Positions 13,166-25,631 of a stretch of 64,000 nt of DNA are shown piece by piece (position 1 is the stretch's first letter; the number at the start of each line of letters is the position of its first letter). The position numbers and the translations under genes are program-made. Origin of the DNA: Eremomyces bilateralis CBS 781.70 (Eukaryota). The stretch lies in the NCBI GenBank assembly GCA_010015585.1, contig ML975161.1. One strand, written 5' to 3'. The notes below the pieces were generated by a model. It was not told where the DNA came from. It made no database searches and was given only the letters and a program-made list of their open reading frames with translations.

Positions 13166-15108
13166 ATGACCAACAAGGACGTGCCCCCTCCCCCCTCCAC
13201 CGCAACCTCTCGCCTCTCCCAAATAACCTCCCATATCTCCCCCTCATCATCGTCATCCACCACCCCGCCTCCCACCAAACGCCGCGCCCGCAAAAGCTCC
13301 ACCACCCCCTCTCCTCCCGCCGACTGGTCCGATGTTCTCTCGGAGCTCGCACACGTCCGCACACTCGCCCAAACCCCCCAGGCCGACACCACCGGCTACC
13401 AACGCCATAAGCAAGCCGGCAAACTCTGGGTGCGCGAGCGGATCGAGTTGCTGGTCGACCGCGGCTCGTTCCGCGAGGTGGGCAGCGCGGCGGGGAGCGC
13501 GACATGGCGGAAGAAGTGGAGCGGGGAGGAGGTGACGGAGAAGGGGTTAGGGGTGGTGGAGGGGGAGAAGGAGGTGGTGGATGGGTTTACGGCGAGTAAC
13601 AACGTGCAGGGGTTTGGGAAGGTGGGGGGCAGGAAGGTGTTGTTGACGGCGGATGACTTCACGTTGCGGGCGGGACATGCGGACGGGGCGCTGATGCCGA
13701 AGACGTTGTATATGGAGAAGCTGTGCCTACATTTGAAGCTGCCGATGGTGAAGTTGGTGGATGGGGCGAGCGGGGGCGGGTCAATCACGACGTATCGCCA
13801 GTTTCAGGGGACGTACCTGCCGGACTTGGAGCTGCTGAAGTGGGTGGTGAAGGAGCTGGATCAGGGGATCCCGCAGGTGGCGGCGGTGGTGGGGCCCGCG
13901 GTGGGGCTGGGCGCGGCGCGCGCGGCGGTGTCACATTTCTCGGTCATCGCGGCGGATATCGGGAGCTTGTTCAACGCCGGGCCGAAAATCGTGGAGGGCG
14001 CGACGTTCGAGGAGGATCTGAGCTTCGCGGATCTCGGGGGTCCGGGCATCCATTGCGCGAACGGGGTGATCGACAACGTCGCGCCGGATGAGAAGGGATG
14101 TTATGAGCAGATCGCGCGGTTTCTTTCGTACGTTCCAAACCATGGGGGCGTGCTGCCGCCGGTGATCAAGAACGACGATGCGCCGAATCGACATTGTCCC
14201 GAGCTCCGAACGGCGATTCCGCGTCGGGCGCAACGGATGTACGAGGTGCGGAATATCATCAAGGAGGCTGTTGACCGCGATACGTTCTTCGAAATCGGAC
14301 CACATTGGGGGAAGACAATCGTGGTCGGCCTGGCGCGCATGGCGGGAAGGACGGTGGGGATCTTCGCCAACGATGCGATGAACAATGCGGGGGCGTTGGA
14401 CTCGGCGGGGTCGCAGAAGTATGACAAGCATATCCGGCTCTGCGACTGCATGGGGATTCCGATCGTGCAGTTCATCGACATCCCGGGGTTTGCCATTGGC
14501 ACTGTCGCTGAGAAGGGCGGCGTGATGAAGTGGGGTCTGGAAATGTACAAGACTCTGTTCGGCTCGACCATACCTATCTTCTCGGTGGTCATCCGGAGAT
14601 GCTATGGCATTGGAGGCTCGATCTTGGCAGACTGTAGAGATCCGAACTGTCGAGTTGCTTGGTAAATGCTCTATCCGTGTCAGGTCGACGAATCAGTGCT
14701 AACGTTCCACAAGGCCGAGTGGGAATTGGGGATCTATCCCGCTCGATGGAGGAATTGAAGGTGCGTGTTGAATCTGCATGCAAAATAGACCTACACTAAA
14801 CTTCAACAGTCAACCATCGAGCAGAACTCAAGCGAGCAGGCGACAAGAAACCGGAGGTATATGCACATCTCGAAGCGGAGTACATGAATCTACAAAACCC
14901 GGTCCGGACGGCCAACCGATTCAGCATTGAGGAGATCATCGATCCTGCAGATACAAGATCGGTTGTATGCGCCTGGACGAAGCATATGTAAGTGCAACTC
15001 AGACAAATGGAGGACAGACGCTAATACGACGATAATAGGTACGAGCACAATTTGGTGACGAGGCTAGAGCAGAGGGCTGCGGGATTCATTAAACCATCTT
15101 TTAGATAA
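13166..15108 (+). CDS. Acyl-CoA carboxylase carboxyltransferase (propionyl-/methylcrotonyl-CoA carboxylase beta-like), 4 exons
   Basis: Motifs GKLWVRERIELLVDRGSFREVG, DDFTLRAG, LFNAGPKIV, LGGPGIHCANGVID, IVVGLARMAGRTVGIFAN, FIDIPGFAIG and RRCYGIGG. Introns 14662-14713, 14761-14809 and 14988-15038 extend the frame through AWPSGNWGSIPLDGG...IEEIIDPADTR to TAA at 15106-15108. Confidence 0.9.
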
Positions 15109-15258
15109 CTAGGGGAAGGAATGGAAAATGAAGACAAGCTAGTTTCTAGTGGTTTGAGTATTCCTAGGAACCCATAAGTAATAGGATTCGGAAATCAGAT
15201 GGGCTAGAGTTCAAATGGCTGGCTTTGAGTGTTTTTGTTTAAGAAAAAGGAGAAGGAT

Positions 15259-15350
15259 AGTAGTGATGAGAGCAGTGATAAGAGCAGTGAGAGCAGTGAG
15301 AGTAGTGAGAGCAAGCGAGAGTAGTGAGAGCAAGTGAGAGTAGTGATGAG
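15259..15350 (+). repeat. Degenerate ~9-10-nt tandem repeat (GAGAGYAGT)n
   Basis: Directly visible: agtgatgagagcagtgataagagcagtgagagcagtgagagtagtgagagcaagcgagagtagtgagagcaagtgagagtagtgatgag. Confidence 0.8.
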
Positions 15351-17086
15351 GAGCGAAGGGCCTTCAGGAAAACTTGGTGTCTGGTAGCCTTACAGCCTGG
15401 AACTGGAATATCTGACACTCACTGCAGACAGCAGCGAGAGCACGAGGACAGCTGCAGTGAGGCCTGAGGCAAGACCGCCACTTCACGAACAAAAGGATGA
15501 ATTTGTCAGTGGTCAGGTTTATAGGATATCTCTGCTTTTATGGCGTTTGCCGTTTTCCTACCCATGACCCCCATACATATTCGTTTCGGTGGGATAGACC
15601 CCCATGGATGTACACCACGCACCCGCGATATCACCACCACGCATTTCTTTCCTCTTCCGCTCGAAATCAAGATCTCCGTGGCCATCAATTATATGTAGAA
15701 CTTAATTATGGGCGTATTCCTGTAGTTATTGCGCTCATCAGGAACAAGATCAATCAACGTCTTAACTCTTGGTCAACCACAGAGCTCTCCCGCTGTGACT
15801 GTATTGCAGATCACCTGACATCAGGAACCGCTGTTCTCTCACAGAATTCACAACAGAACAAATTGCCTGCAGCACAGCATGTTAACAATGGTGAAATAGC
15901 AATCTCGGTTAATGGCTAATAATTACTCATGGGATCATCCATGATCTGCCCACTATTATGATGACGAACCACATGCACTCTCCCTAAACCAGTAAACATG
16001 CCTCTGATCGGGTCCCACAGCATTTGATAGCTTCCCCTCTGTTCTCGTGCTGCGACAAGTGAATCCCAACCCCAGTACCACGCAAACTGCCCTCTACTCA
16101 CTTTATTGCCGCCACAGTTGAAAGTGGGTTTCCGCTAGAATTCCCCATGTCTACCACTGAGGAGCTGCCGCTGTATCATTTGTGCTTGTATTCTTACCAT
16201 GTTTCAGCTTATATCGTAACTACAGGAAATCAGTATCGCAGATACCGATTAGGCTGATGAGCCACTAGAGTTCCTTAGTACATTAATTACAGCAGAAAAC
16301 AAGGAAGGGGCCGCTTACTAGCAAGGATGGTCTTGACAATAATAGGGCGACACGATAGAGTGTGTTTAGCTGGTCATATTTCTAAGGTATTTATTTATGT
16401 TTGAAAGTTTTGGGAGGGTTGACAACGGAAAGGCGCGCTAACCCCGAACTGGTACGCTAATCCCAACACGGCAGTCAGATGTCCTCAGATTACAGTAAAA
16501 ATATTACAAATATAATTCTGTCGAGTTTGTTTCACTCTCCCTAGACTGGTGGCGCAGCTTCGACACCACCGTTCTTTTCGGATGGATCCTCCACCACAAT
16601 CTGATGCCTTGACGCCAGCGATGGAGAACTAAAGGCAAACAATCTCCGACTCACCTGGCCACGGGATTCCCCCTCCAAGCAAACTTGAACTGGGAATCAA
16701 ATTATCGACGATGGATCTGCTTTTTTGCAATTCTTCTTTCATGAATCTTTTGTGACCCAGCCTCAAAGGGAACAGGAAGTCATAGGGAGTTGTTGAGGGT
16801 TGAGCGACTGTGGCTTGCTGGGGTCCGTTGCTGTGGTGAAACCCATGTAAACAGAACACCGCCAGAGCTGACAGAGGTAAGCCATCCACCACCTTGAACT
16901 TTGAAACGCAGTCCATATGTCGACAATCCCGCCATAATTCAGACACAAGTTTGGATCATTTGAAATCATGTCCTTGCATTACATTCCAGCATCTACCGTT
17001 TATGATAATGGGATTGTTCCCACGCAACAAGCCCTTCGCTAAACCCCATCTCGACAAGGTCCACATTCCTTAACTACCCCTTGACC

Positions 17087-20000
17087 ATGGCTGGGGGACG
17101 ACCAGATAACCTCACCAAACCCGCCGCGAAGACCGTCCAGGAGAAGATTCAACAATGGCAGGAGCGCAACGGCGCCGCCGCGGTGCAGGAGGAGGCGGCT
17201 GCCGCCGAACGCAAGTCGCACCGCCGAACGAAGACGGAGAGCTCGGCGACGAACGAATCTTACTCAACGCCCTCGCCCGGTGCGATCGCTCAATTCGCGA
17301 CGGTGGAGACAGAGCGGTCTGGGACTTTGGCGAGGTCTTCAGATGCGAAGAAGACGGCCCCGAAAGATGCGCTGGCGGAATGGGAGGCGTTGAAGACGAC
17401 GTATTCCGGTCGATCTCGCGTCACCGCATCCGTTCCGCCCCCGTCCACGAATCTAGACTACGACGACAAAGCAAGCGCGACGATCCCGAACCTCCCGACT
17501 GCTGTCTCCACCCCGACCAAACGTCCCCGCCGCAAACGTTCAAAAACTGAATCGGACGCGCGGTCGTCCGCCCTGCCAGCGCGCCCTTCGATCATCCCTG
17601 ACCCGCACATCGTCGAGCGATCGCCGCGACACAGCACGGCACGGAAGTCGGGGAAAGGACATACGTTGCGCCCTGATCAGCTGGACGCGGAGATCGCGGC
17701 GGCGACGACGCCGAAGAAACGGGTTATATCGGATGGGCATTGGCGGAAACAGGACGCCTCACCGGCGGTTGAGCTACGCGTACCGAGTCCGGAGAAAACG
17801 CCGGGTTTGGTACGCAAGCAGAAGCCGGTCGAGGAGGAGAAGCCTACTGGTATTCCCGTTATTCCGGGTCTGCTTGACATGTTTGACGTGGGCTGGGAGA
17901 AAGGCGCTTGGATTCGGAGACAGCCACCACAACCCGAACCGGTCGCTAACTCTGCCGATGACAGCGACAACAAAGGCTGGGAAGGAGGATGGACCCGCCC
18001 CGGGCTCATGCATGAAATTGTAGAGAAGCAGCGCCGGCTCGCCGAAACACGAGGGGCGTGGATCCGGTCACAGAACGGCGAGGGAATCCTCCCGGGCGAC
18101 AGCATCCAGATAAAAAAGCAAATGATGATGGAAACGGCGCAGCTGAAGGAGCGGATGAAGCAGGAGGAGAAAGAGCTCGCGCGGTTGGCGGCGGGGATGG
18201 GCGTGCACGTGCCGTACTCCGGCGATCAGCAGCCGCCGGTCCGACTCCCGAGGAAAAAGATGGAGAAGGAGAAGGAGAACATCGCGGAGAAGCTGGATCT
18301 CCATGGTGGCTCCCCCGGCGATCCGAAGATCAATCAGTGGATCTCCGAGCAGGCGGACGTGACGGTTGAGCGTGCGGAACGGCGGAAGAAGCGCGATAGT
18401 GAGCGACAGTCGAGCACCACGGATCCGGATGGCCCGCCTTCTTCGGGACGGCAGAGCTCCAAACCAAAGTATCGAGAACCACGGCGAGGGAGTGGCGATG
18501 GTAAAATCCTCCACGATGAGGTCCAGACCGAGACAGAGATCCCAAATGGTGCGCGGAGTTGGCCTCGGAAAGCTTCCGCTCGACCTGACCCCTTAATGGA
18601 AGATGGGATCCGAGTCTATAGTGCAGATCGCGACGAAGGTAGAAGGAGGAAGACTAGCAGACAGCACAGTGGAAGCCATTCGATACAAGCGGAGGAGTTC
18701 ACAGCGATATCGTCGAGGCGGAAATCAGGCAGACCCGAGCGTGATGCGCGTGCTGAACCACCACCGAATTATACTGTGCCGGCTCTTGCTGGCGTCGCTG
18801 CCGGTGCCATTGGTTCTCGAATCAGCTCATGGCTTCATTCCACGCCCGATCCTTTCACCGATTCACCAAAAAGCAAGCCATCACGCTCTCGTCGTTCAAA
18901 ATCCGGACCCGGCCCATCACAAGCAAGCACGCTTGACGAGGAGACCATCGTCACAGAGACGAGCATATCCGACGATCGCCGGCGACAGCGACGGACCAGC
19001 CAAGATGAGGCGACGGAAGTGACCGCAACGACGTACCTCACTGGCACATCCCAGTCGCGGACGGAAATCACGGAGAGCTCATACCTGACGGATATCACGC
19101 GCGACTCCGCGAGCACCACGCCTCCGAGCTTGAAGCGGTCCGGCGCGAGGCATTCACGCGAGCGACCGAAATCCGTCGTTGCATCGGAGTCGCCGTCCCA
19201 AGACTCGAGATCATCGGTCGATCCGACCACCCTCGACCTCTCCGAGCCGTCAAGGGGACGGCCGCATTCGTTTGGATTCGGTCCGTTCAAGCGACTCTTC
19301 CCAAGCACGGGCAAGCGGCTCTCGACGATCGTGTCCGAAGATACAAAGGCGAGGGAAGATCCGGACTCGGATTCGGAGGCGCCGAATGAAGTCGAGATGC
19401 CGGCTCCGAAGGTGAAATCCATTGCGGAAACCACGATCGATGATGCGGCTTCCGGTCCGCCGAAGCAGCTGCAACTCGTTCCTACACTTCCAACAATACC
19501 AGAACCGGAACCAAGTACAGTATCGAGCCAATTCACTGCCAACTCATCCACGCGCTCCCGCCACTCGACGAAATCAAGGCCCAAGTCAACGTCGTTGAAA
19601 CGTCGCCTCACCACCACCACCGACCTCATGTCCGTCCTCTCCCTCCCCGAACAGCCCACCACCACCCCCCAAAACGCCCCCCAGCCCCTCTCCATTCCAT
19701 CCACCACCCTCCCAAAAAAGTCCTCTTCCATCATCTCTGCCCGCTCCCTCCGCTCCACTACCACCACCCTCACTCTCCCCTCCCTCCTCGCCACCCTCCG
19801 CACCGACGAACTCAAATACCTCCGCGAACTCCGCACCCTCGTCGACGGCGTTATCCCCGTCCTCCTGCAATGCGTCCTCTCCAAATCCGACACCGCCCTC
19901 GCCGCCGGCCTGTTTGCCCGCACCACCGCCACCGATGCGTCCAATGTCGACGTCACCAAGCCCATCGTCGACATGGGTGTCGCGCTCGAGCGGCTAAAGA

Positions 20001-23000
20001 GCGTGCATCGGAGGTGTCCTGTCGACGATGCCGCCGATGAGCGCAGGGTGCTGGATTGGGCACGGGCGGCGGAGCGGGTGTATCGGTTGTATATCGGGTG
20101 CTGGAAGATGGGGTTCCGCGACGTGGTGGTGTGTCTCGCCGCCGGGGACGAGAAGTCTACGGCTACAAAGGACGGTCAGAGCGCGAGCGCCGCATGGGAC
20201 GAAGGCATGCCGCGCAACGCGGACGGCTACGTAGTCAACGAAGTCGGCGAGCGCGTCGACGTCGCGTTTCTCCTCAAGCGCCCGCTTGTCCGCCTGAAGT
20301 ACCTGTCCAAAACGCTCCGTCAGCTCGCGCAGGCGTGTCCGAGCGCCGAGGCGGACGATATGGCGGGGCGGTACGCGGAGCTGGTGACGGCGGCGCGGGC
20401 GCGCGCGGCGGACGAGCGGGCGAGGTTGGAGGACGAGGCGGCGGCGGGGATTGATGCGGGGCGGGCGAGGGATCCACGGTCATTGGCGCCGGTGAGTGGG
20501 GTCAGTATTGACCCGAGTCGGTGTGTGGCGGCAAGGGATTATTTTGAGATGCATTTGGCGCATTCGAGTGGGCAGACGGTGGATTGTCGGGTGGAGTTGC
20601 TGCTCAGGGACGAGGCGGTGGGGAGTCCGCTTGGTGCGGAGGGGAATAGTGGGGATGTGCTACTGTGCGAGATCGATGAGACTGGACGGTGGTTGTTTTT
20701 CCCGCCGATTCTGAAGAGTCGCGTGTCGGCGCGGTTGGGGGATACGAAGGGGGAGGTGCTCGTGATGCTTCGCGGGATGCATTCAGGCGGTGAGGAGTGG
20801 CATGAGTTGATGTCGTTGACGGCCGGCGATGAACAGACCGCGCAGGACTGGGTGGAGATGCTGGGGTCAAGTCCGATGCCGCCGAAGTTGAATCGGCAGC
20901 AAAGCTTCTTGGATCGGCAGGCGTCGTATCGGAAGAGCAAGGTGGATAGGAGGAGGAATGCGCCAAGTGGCGATGATGCGTCTTCGTACTTTACAGGGTC
21001 GGTGATCACTGAATCGGTGGTCACAGGGTCAACGGTCACCGCTTCGACCGAATACGCTCGCCCGAGAACTCGATCGCCAAGTCCAGGGGAGGTCGATGTA
21101 CCGATTGGCGAGACCAGGCAAAAGACGACAACGAAGTGGCAGCGAGAGTCGCCCGACCCTCCACGGCGAAGCGTCAGCCCGGTTACCCCTCCGAGTGAAT
21201 TCGAGGAGTTTGGGAGGAAGGGCAAGTCGCCGGTGTCTCCCTTATCTCGCAGTCCGGTGGACCGGAACGCCGGAAGGAGTACAAGCAAGTGCTCCTCGCT
21301 TCCCGCGGCGTTTAAGGGCCTCCAACCTACATCCCCAGTGGAAAATACCTCTCCATCAGGACTGAGGAGGACAAAGGCGACAAGATACCACCGTCAGAGC
21401 ACGGCTTCACCGCCTGAGTCACGGCAGGCGACGCCTGAGCGAGTGACATCTACCCACCACGCCGCGAAGCGACAGAATGCTGCTCCTCCTGCGCCCAAGC
21501 ACCGCTCCTCGGAGCCGACCACCGCGCATACTCCACGAAAGTTGTCTAAATCCGCCCCGAAACCGGGTTTCTCCGTGTGGCTTCCTTCGTCTCAAGTTGG
21601 AGATGAGGAAGATGAAGAAATGGAGACGCCGAGAGCGAGAGCTCCCCATGATCGACCAGACATGGGCAGACGGATGTCGTCAATGCCGACTACCGCGATG
21701 CCAACCATCCCAAAACTGCGGAAATCAAGCCAACAGTGGACACCCCGAGCATCGCGCCATCAATCTTACGAAGACCCTTCATCGGCTCCCGCGAAGCTGC
21801 AGAAGAAAGCCCCTGAGCCAGTTGACGAAGATCTGCCACCGCCACCGCCGCCGCATCGGTCGTCAAATATTCTTAAACACACGATTCCGCCGGTTGAACT
21901 GACACCCACGAACCACGGTGGAAGGAGACGCTCGTCATCGCCTCTCAAGCATGAGTATCAGCCATCCACTGCGAGCGAGTCTGATGAATCGCTGGATACC
22001 TTCTCGGATGAATCAAGTATCTTGTCTTCTGACTCCGAGAATGACGAGGATGTCGGCTGCAATCCAGGGGTACTTCCCATTCCACTGGCTGCTCCTGAGG
22101 TATTGAAATCACAGCAGAGGGAATCACCGCCTCCAAGTATTTGTTCGCAGCAGAATACGGCAACCCTAAAACCGTCGGATTCCGCTTCTCAAGGACCTTA
22201 CCGGTCTGTTCCACGTCAAGCCGGCAAATCGATTAGTTCGATCGCGTCTATCTTTGAATGGGCGGACGTTGGATCATGGGCCCCATTGCACCCTCAAGAA
22301 TGTGCGATTGTCATCTCTCCTGGCCTGATCGAAGCCTACGACATGAAAGCCCTTCATAACAGTCTCAACTCCGATGCGACCGACTCGACCCAACCCGCCA
22401 CCCGACCCCTAATCGCCCTGGAACTGACCCCCCTCGTCCCCCTCCGCCGCGGCACCGCCATCGACATCTCCATCCGCTCCCCCCCAACCTCCAACTCCCT
22501 CCTCCACCCCTCCAGCAACATCCTCTTCCGCTCCCGCTCCCCCCCCGACTGCGAAGCCATGTACCACCTCATCAACAACGCCCGCATCAACAATCCCACC
22601 TACCTCGCCCTCCAAAACGCCCGCGGCCCCGCCACCGCCGGCGGCTGGGCCGAAGCCATGGAGCGCCGCAACAACGCGCGCACGGACACCCCCGGCACCG
22701 GCCTTTTCGGCTTCGGCGGCTCTGCCCGCACCCGTAGCTACCGCGCCTCCACCAAGCGCTCCCGCAATCCCAGCATCTCCGCCGCCACTGAGAGCAGTGT
22801 CGGCACCATGGCCAGCATCAACTCCGCACTGCGCCGGTTCAGCGGGAACAGCAAGCTGTTCAACCTCGCGAAGAGCTCGATCGGGTCGCGACACGCGGCG
22901 AGCCTAAGCGACAGGTCATTCTCCGCGGAGGGCGGGGCTTCGGGGGCGAGCACGCCGCCGACGCCCCCGGGGATGTCGCCGCACGGGCTCGGGGCGCCCG

Positions 23001-23473
23001 TGGGATTGGGGATCCAGGATGCGAAGATTCGGTTCTATGTGCGGGAGACGCAGAGTAAGTGGCGAGATCTGGGGTCAGCGCGACTGTCGATTATGCAGGC
23101 GGCAGAAGGTGGCGGGATGGGGATGGGGAGTCCAGATCAGCCGGTTGCGTTGCGGACGGGGATGGAGAAGCGGGTGGTGGTGACAGAGAAGATGAGGGGG
23201 GAGAGGTTGTTAGATGTGACGTTGGGAGAGGGGTGTTTTGAGCGGGTGGCGAGGACGGGGATTGCGGTAAGTGTGTGGGAGAACGTGGGGGTGGGAGGGG
23301 CGGTTGCGGCGACGGGGGGTGTGGCGGAGAAGAGAGTGAAGGTGTATATGATTCAGGTGAGTGCCATGCTCCATGTGATACGGAGACGATTGCTGACATT
23401 TCTTGTGATATAGATGAAGACGGAGAGGGATTGTGCATTCTCTTTCTCGCTGCTTGGGAAGTTGAGATACTAG
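17087..23473 (+). CDS. Large (~2,100 aa) fungal protein: disordered N-terminus, Dbl-homology(DH)-like region and PH-like domains (2 exons)
   Basis: 6.3-kb ORF with first ATG at 17087. Intron 23357-23413 leads to MKTERDCAFSFSLLGKLRY*. LRTDELKYLRELRTL and VAFLLKRPLVRLKYL resemble DH conserved regions 1 and 3. The beta-rich segments (RDYFEMHLAHSSGQTVDCRVELLLRD; KIRFYVRETQSKWRDLGSARLSI) look PH-fold-like. The domain call is by eye. Confidence 0.75.
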
Positions 23474-25382
23474 GTCGAACTCTCAATTGCTTCTTTCCTA
23501 GTGTTGCTGTTTGCGTGTCCGAGCGACAATAGATTTACGAATAGCGGATAATCTATGAATGATGTTGTTCATTTGGTCGGGGATACGATTGATATTGGAC
23601 GTCTCTGCTTTATACAATACAAGCCCTATGGTATTCAACTCGCTTACACTATTCATCTACCCATGCTCGATGCTCTTGGAACTCTCCGTGTTGAACCCTC
23701 CGTCAGGAACCAAAACAGCATACCCAACCACAGGCTCTGTACAGGACGGCGAATGTCGTTGATATATGGCCATGCTTATGATCGCCCTAATAACCCGGGC
23801 CCTTTCGCCACCGTCAGCCCTACACTCAGCCTTGTGGGGACTCACTCCTCCGTCAGCTCAGGAACAGGATACTTTTGTGGAGCGTTTATTGCACATTCCG
23901 TTTTTGACTACGATCGCCGGCAATCGTTCCGAACGAGCAGGACTAGTTAGTTCGCCACCGGGGCGGTCAGAGTCAACGTCAGTTGTTTGTATCTGGGCCA
24001 TATTCTCGCATCTCTCCAAACTATTGCACAGCTTCCTGATCAATTCTTCAGTTTATGTACGAAATGTAATAATGTGGGAAGGTCGACTAGATAATGTGCC
24101 GGTAGCCTTAGAAATTCACGCTGCCGCTCCTACCCCAAGCCGCTCCAATCCCAAGCCGCTCGCCGGTCGCAATCAACCTATTACCTAACAGACCGGGAGC
24201 TCATAGCTATGTTTAGTAAACAACCGAGTCGTCCAATGATTTAGCATTCAAAGAGCTAACAGCGACGATGGCGTGCTTCTCTTGATAGTAGCTCGAGATC
24301 TGGCCATCTATTGGTTACTAATTTCGGTTCCGCACATCACATCCATCAAACTCCATCTCCCCAACATCATGGTGTGGAGGATAGTCACCATACAGAGAGG
24401 ACAGTCAACGCGCCGATCGGCAGCCATTTTCATGGGCTCAACCGCCCTCATCACAAAAAATTGGCCGTTCTGATCCTCTTAGTGTTGTACCGCCACCAAG
24501 CTGAAATGCCAAGCAAGAATTCTCGAACTATCTTCGTTCCGCATCCTCCGCAGTTCTTGCGCAGCAGTCGTCCACAACTTCCTAAGACGGCGATAAGACA
24601 TTCACGAAGCCACATACTACGCTTGCATCGCTTGGTACCCGAAGTACCCGACAAGAAAACGGTTCGATATGCCATTTTCACGATCGATCTTAGATCTCCA
24701 CTAGCGTTCTGGACGAACAGGACTAGGTACATTCCAAATGTTGATGACGTCGCAGAAAGTTGCCGCATCCCGCACCACTGATCGGCGGGGAGGCCGTGGT
24801 CGCCTAAATTCACCACCAGGTACTCGCTACGTTTCATTTGTCATTTACGATCCGGAATTATGCCTGTCCGACACCCGTCCCTAGCGGCCTTCGATAAATC
24901 TTAATCACTGCCGCTCAAATATAGGTCGAGAGTGATCAGGTTGAGCTTCGATGGCAGTACCAAGGTCACGATAGGCTAGTAAAAATCCCAAAAAGAGCAT
25001 GGAATCCGTCGGGATTGATCATCACGGCAAAATACGCATCATCTTGGTAACATCTAACTGACCTTTGATGTGGATTATCTCCGTCTGAAAAGTCTAAGCA
25101 GCCTTGTCAGCATCACGACTTCGACGCCACGATGGTGGGCGAAAGGATGACTACACTCTCAAGATTACATTATCAGGACTGAAGACTACCGATGCCATGA
25201 GGTTAAATAGAATCACATCCCTCTGTGGGACAGGGTATCACGGACTCCAACCAAAAGTCTCGCAAGTCATATACAGCTCTATCACATTTGCGATTGCACA
25301 TCACATCTCTCCTACACACTCACACACCAACATCCACCCCTGACATCACCTAAGCAAGTACCTCCGCCCCTATAACCTCACT

Positions 25383-25631
25383 ATGTCCTCCAATACCCCC
25401 GCCTGTTCAGGCTCAGGAACCTCAGGAACCTCAGGAGCCTCAGGAGCCACGACTGCAAGCTCCGGTTCATCAACCACAACTTCAAGTACCAGTTCCAGTA
25501 CGCCAACAACATATTCAGGCCAGTTGAACCCGCATCCGTTGCCATATGCTCCCTTCCCCTTCCCGCTCCCCAATCAGTCGAACGGGAGCGGGAGCGGGTC
25601 GGGGAGCGGCGATAAGGGGAAGGAGAAATAG
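25383..25631 (+). CDS. Small Ser/Gly/Thr-rich hypothetical protein (82 aa)
   Basis: ATG-started ORF with codon-phased internal repeats (TCAGGAACC/TCAGGAGCC = SGT/SGA; GGGAGC = GS), preceded by a CA-rich UTR-like tract. No family recognised. Confidence 0.4.
   Translation: MSSNTPACSGSGTSGTSGASGATTASSGSSTTTSSTSSSTPTTYSGQLNPHPLPYAPFPFPLPNQSNGSGSGSGSGDKGKEK

Noticed and set aside
15259..15350. Repeat array considered as CRISPR-like
   Set aside because: Contiguous ~9-nt units with no spacers, in a eukaryotic genome with no cas genes.
16436..16446. CTAACCC as a telomerase RNA template or telomere seed, prompted by the Est1-like gene in the window
   Set aside because: It does not extend to a 1.5-repeat template and no TTAGGG array is present; 7-mers like this are expected by chance.
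18835..19974. 379-aa - strand ORF and other ORFs nested in the 2,100-aa gene
   Set aside because: Antisense or alternative-frame by-products of a GC-rich coding region.
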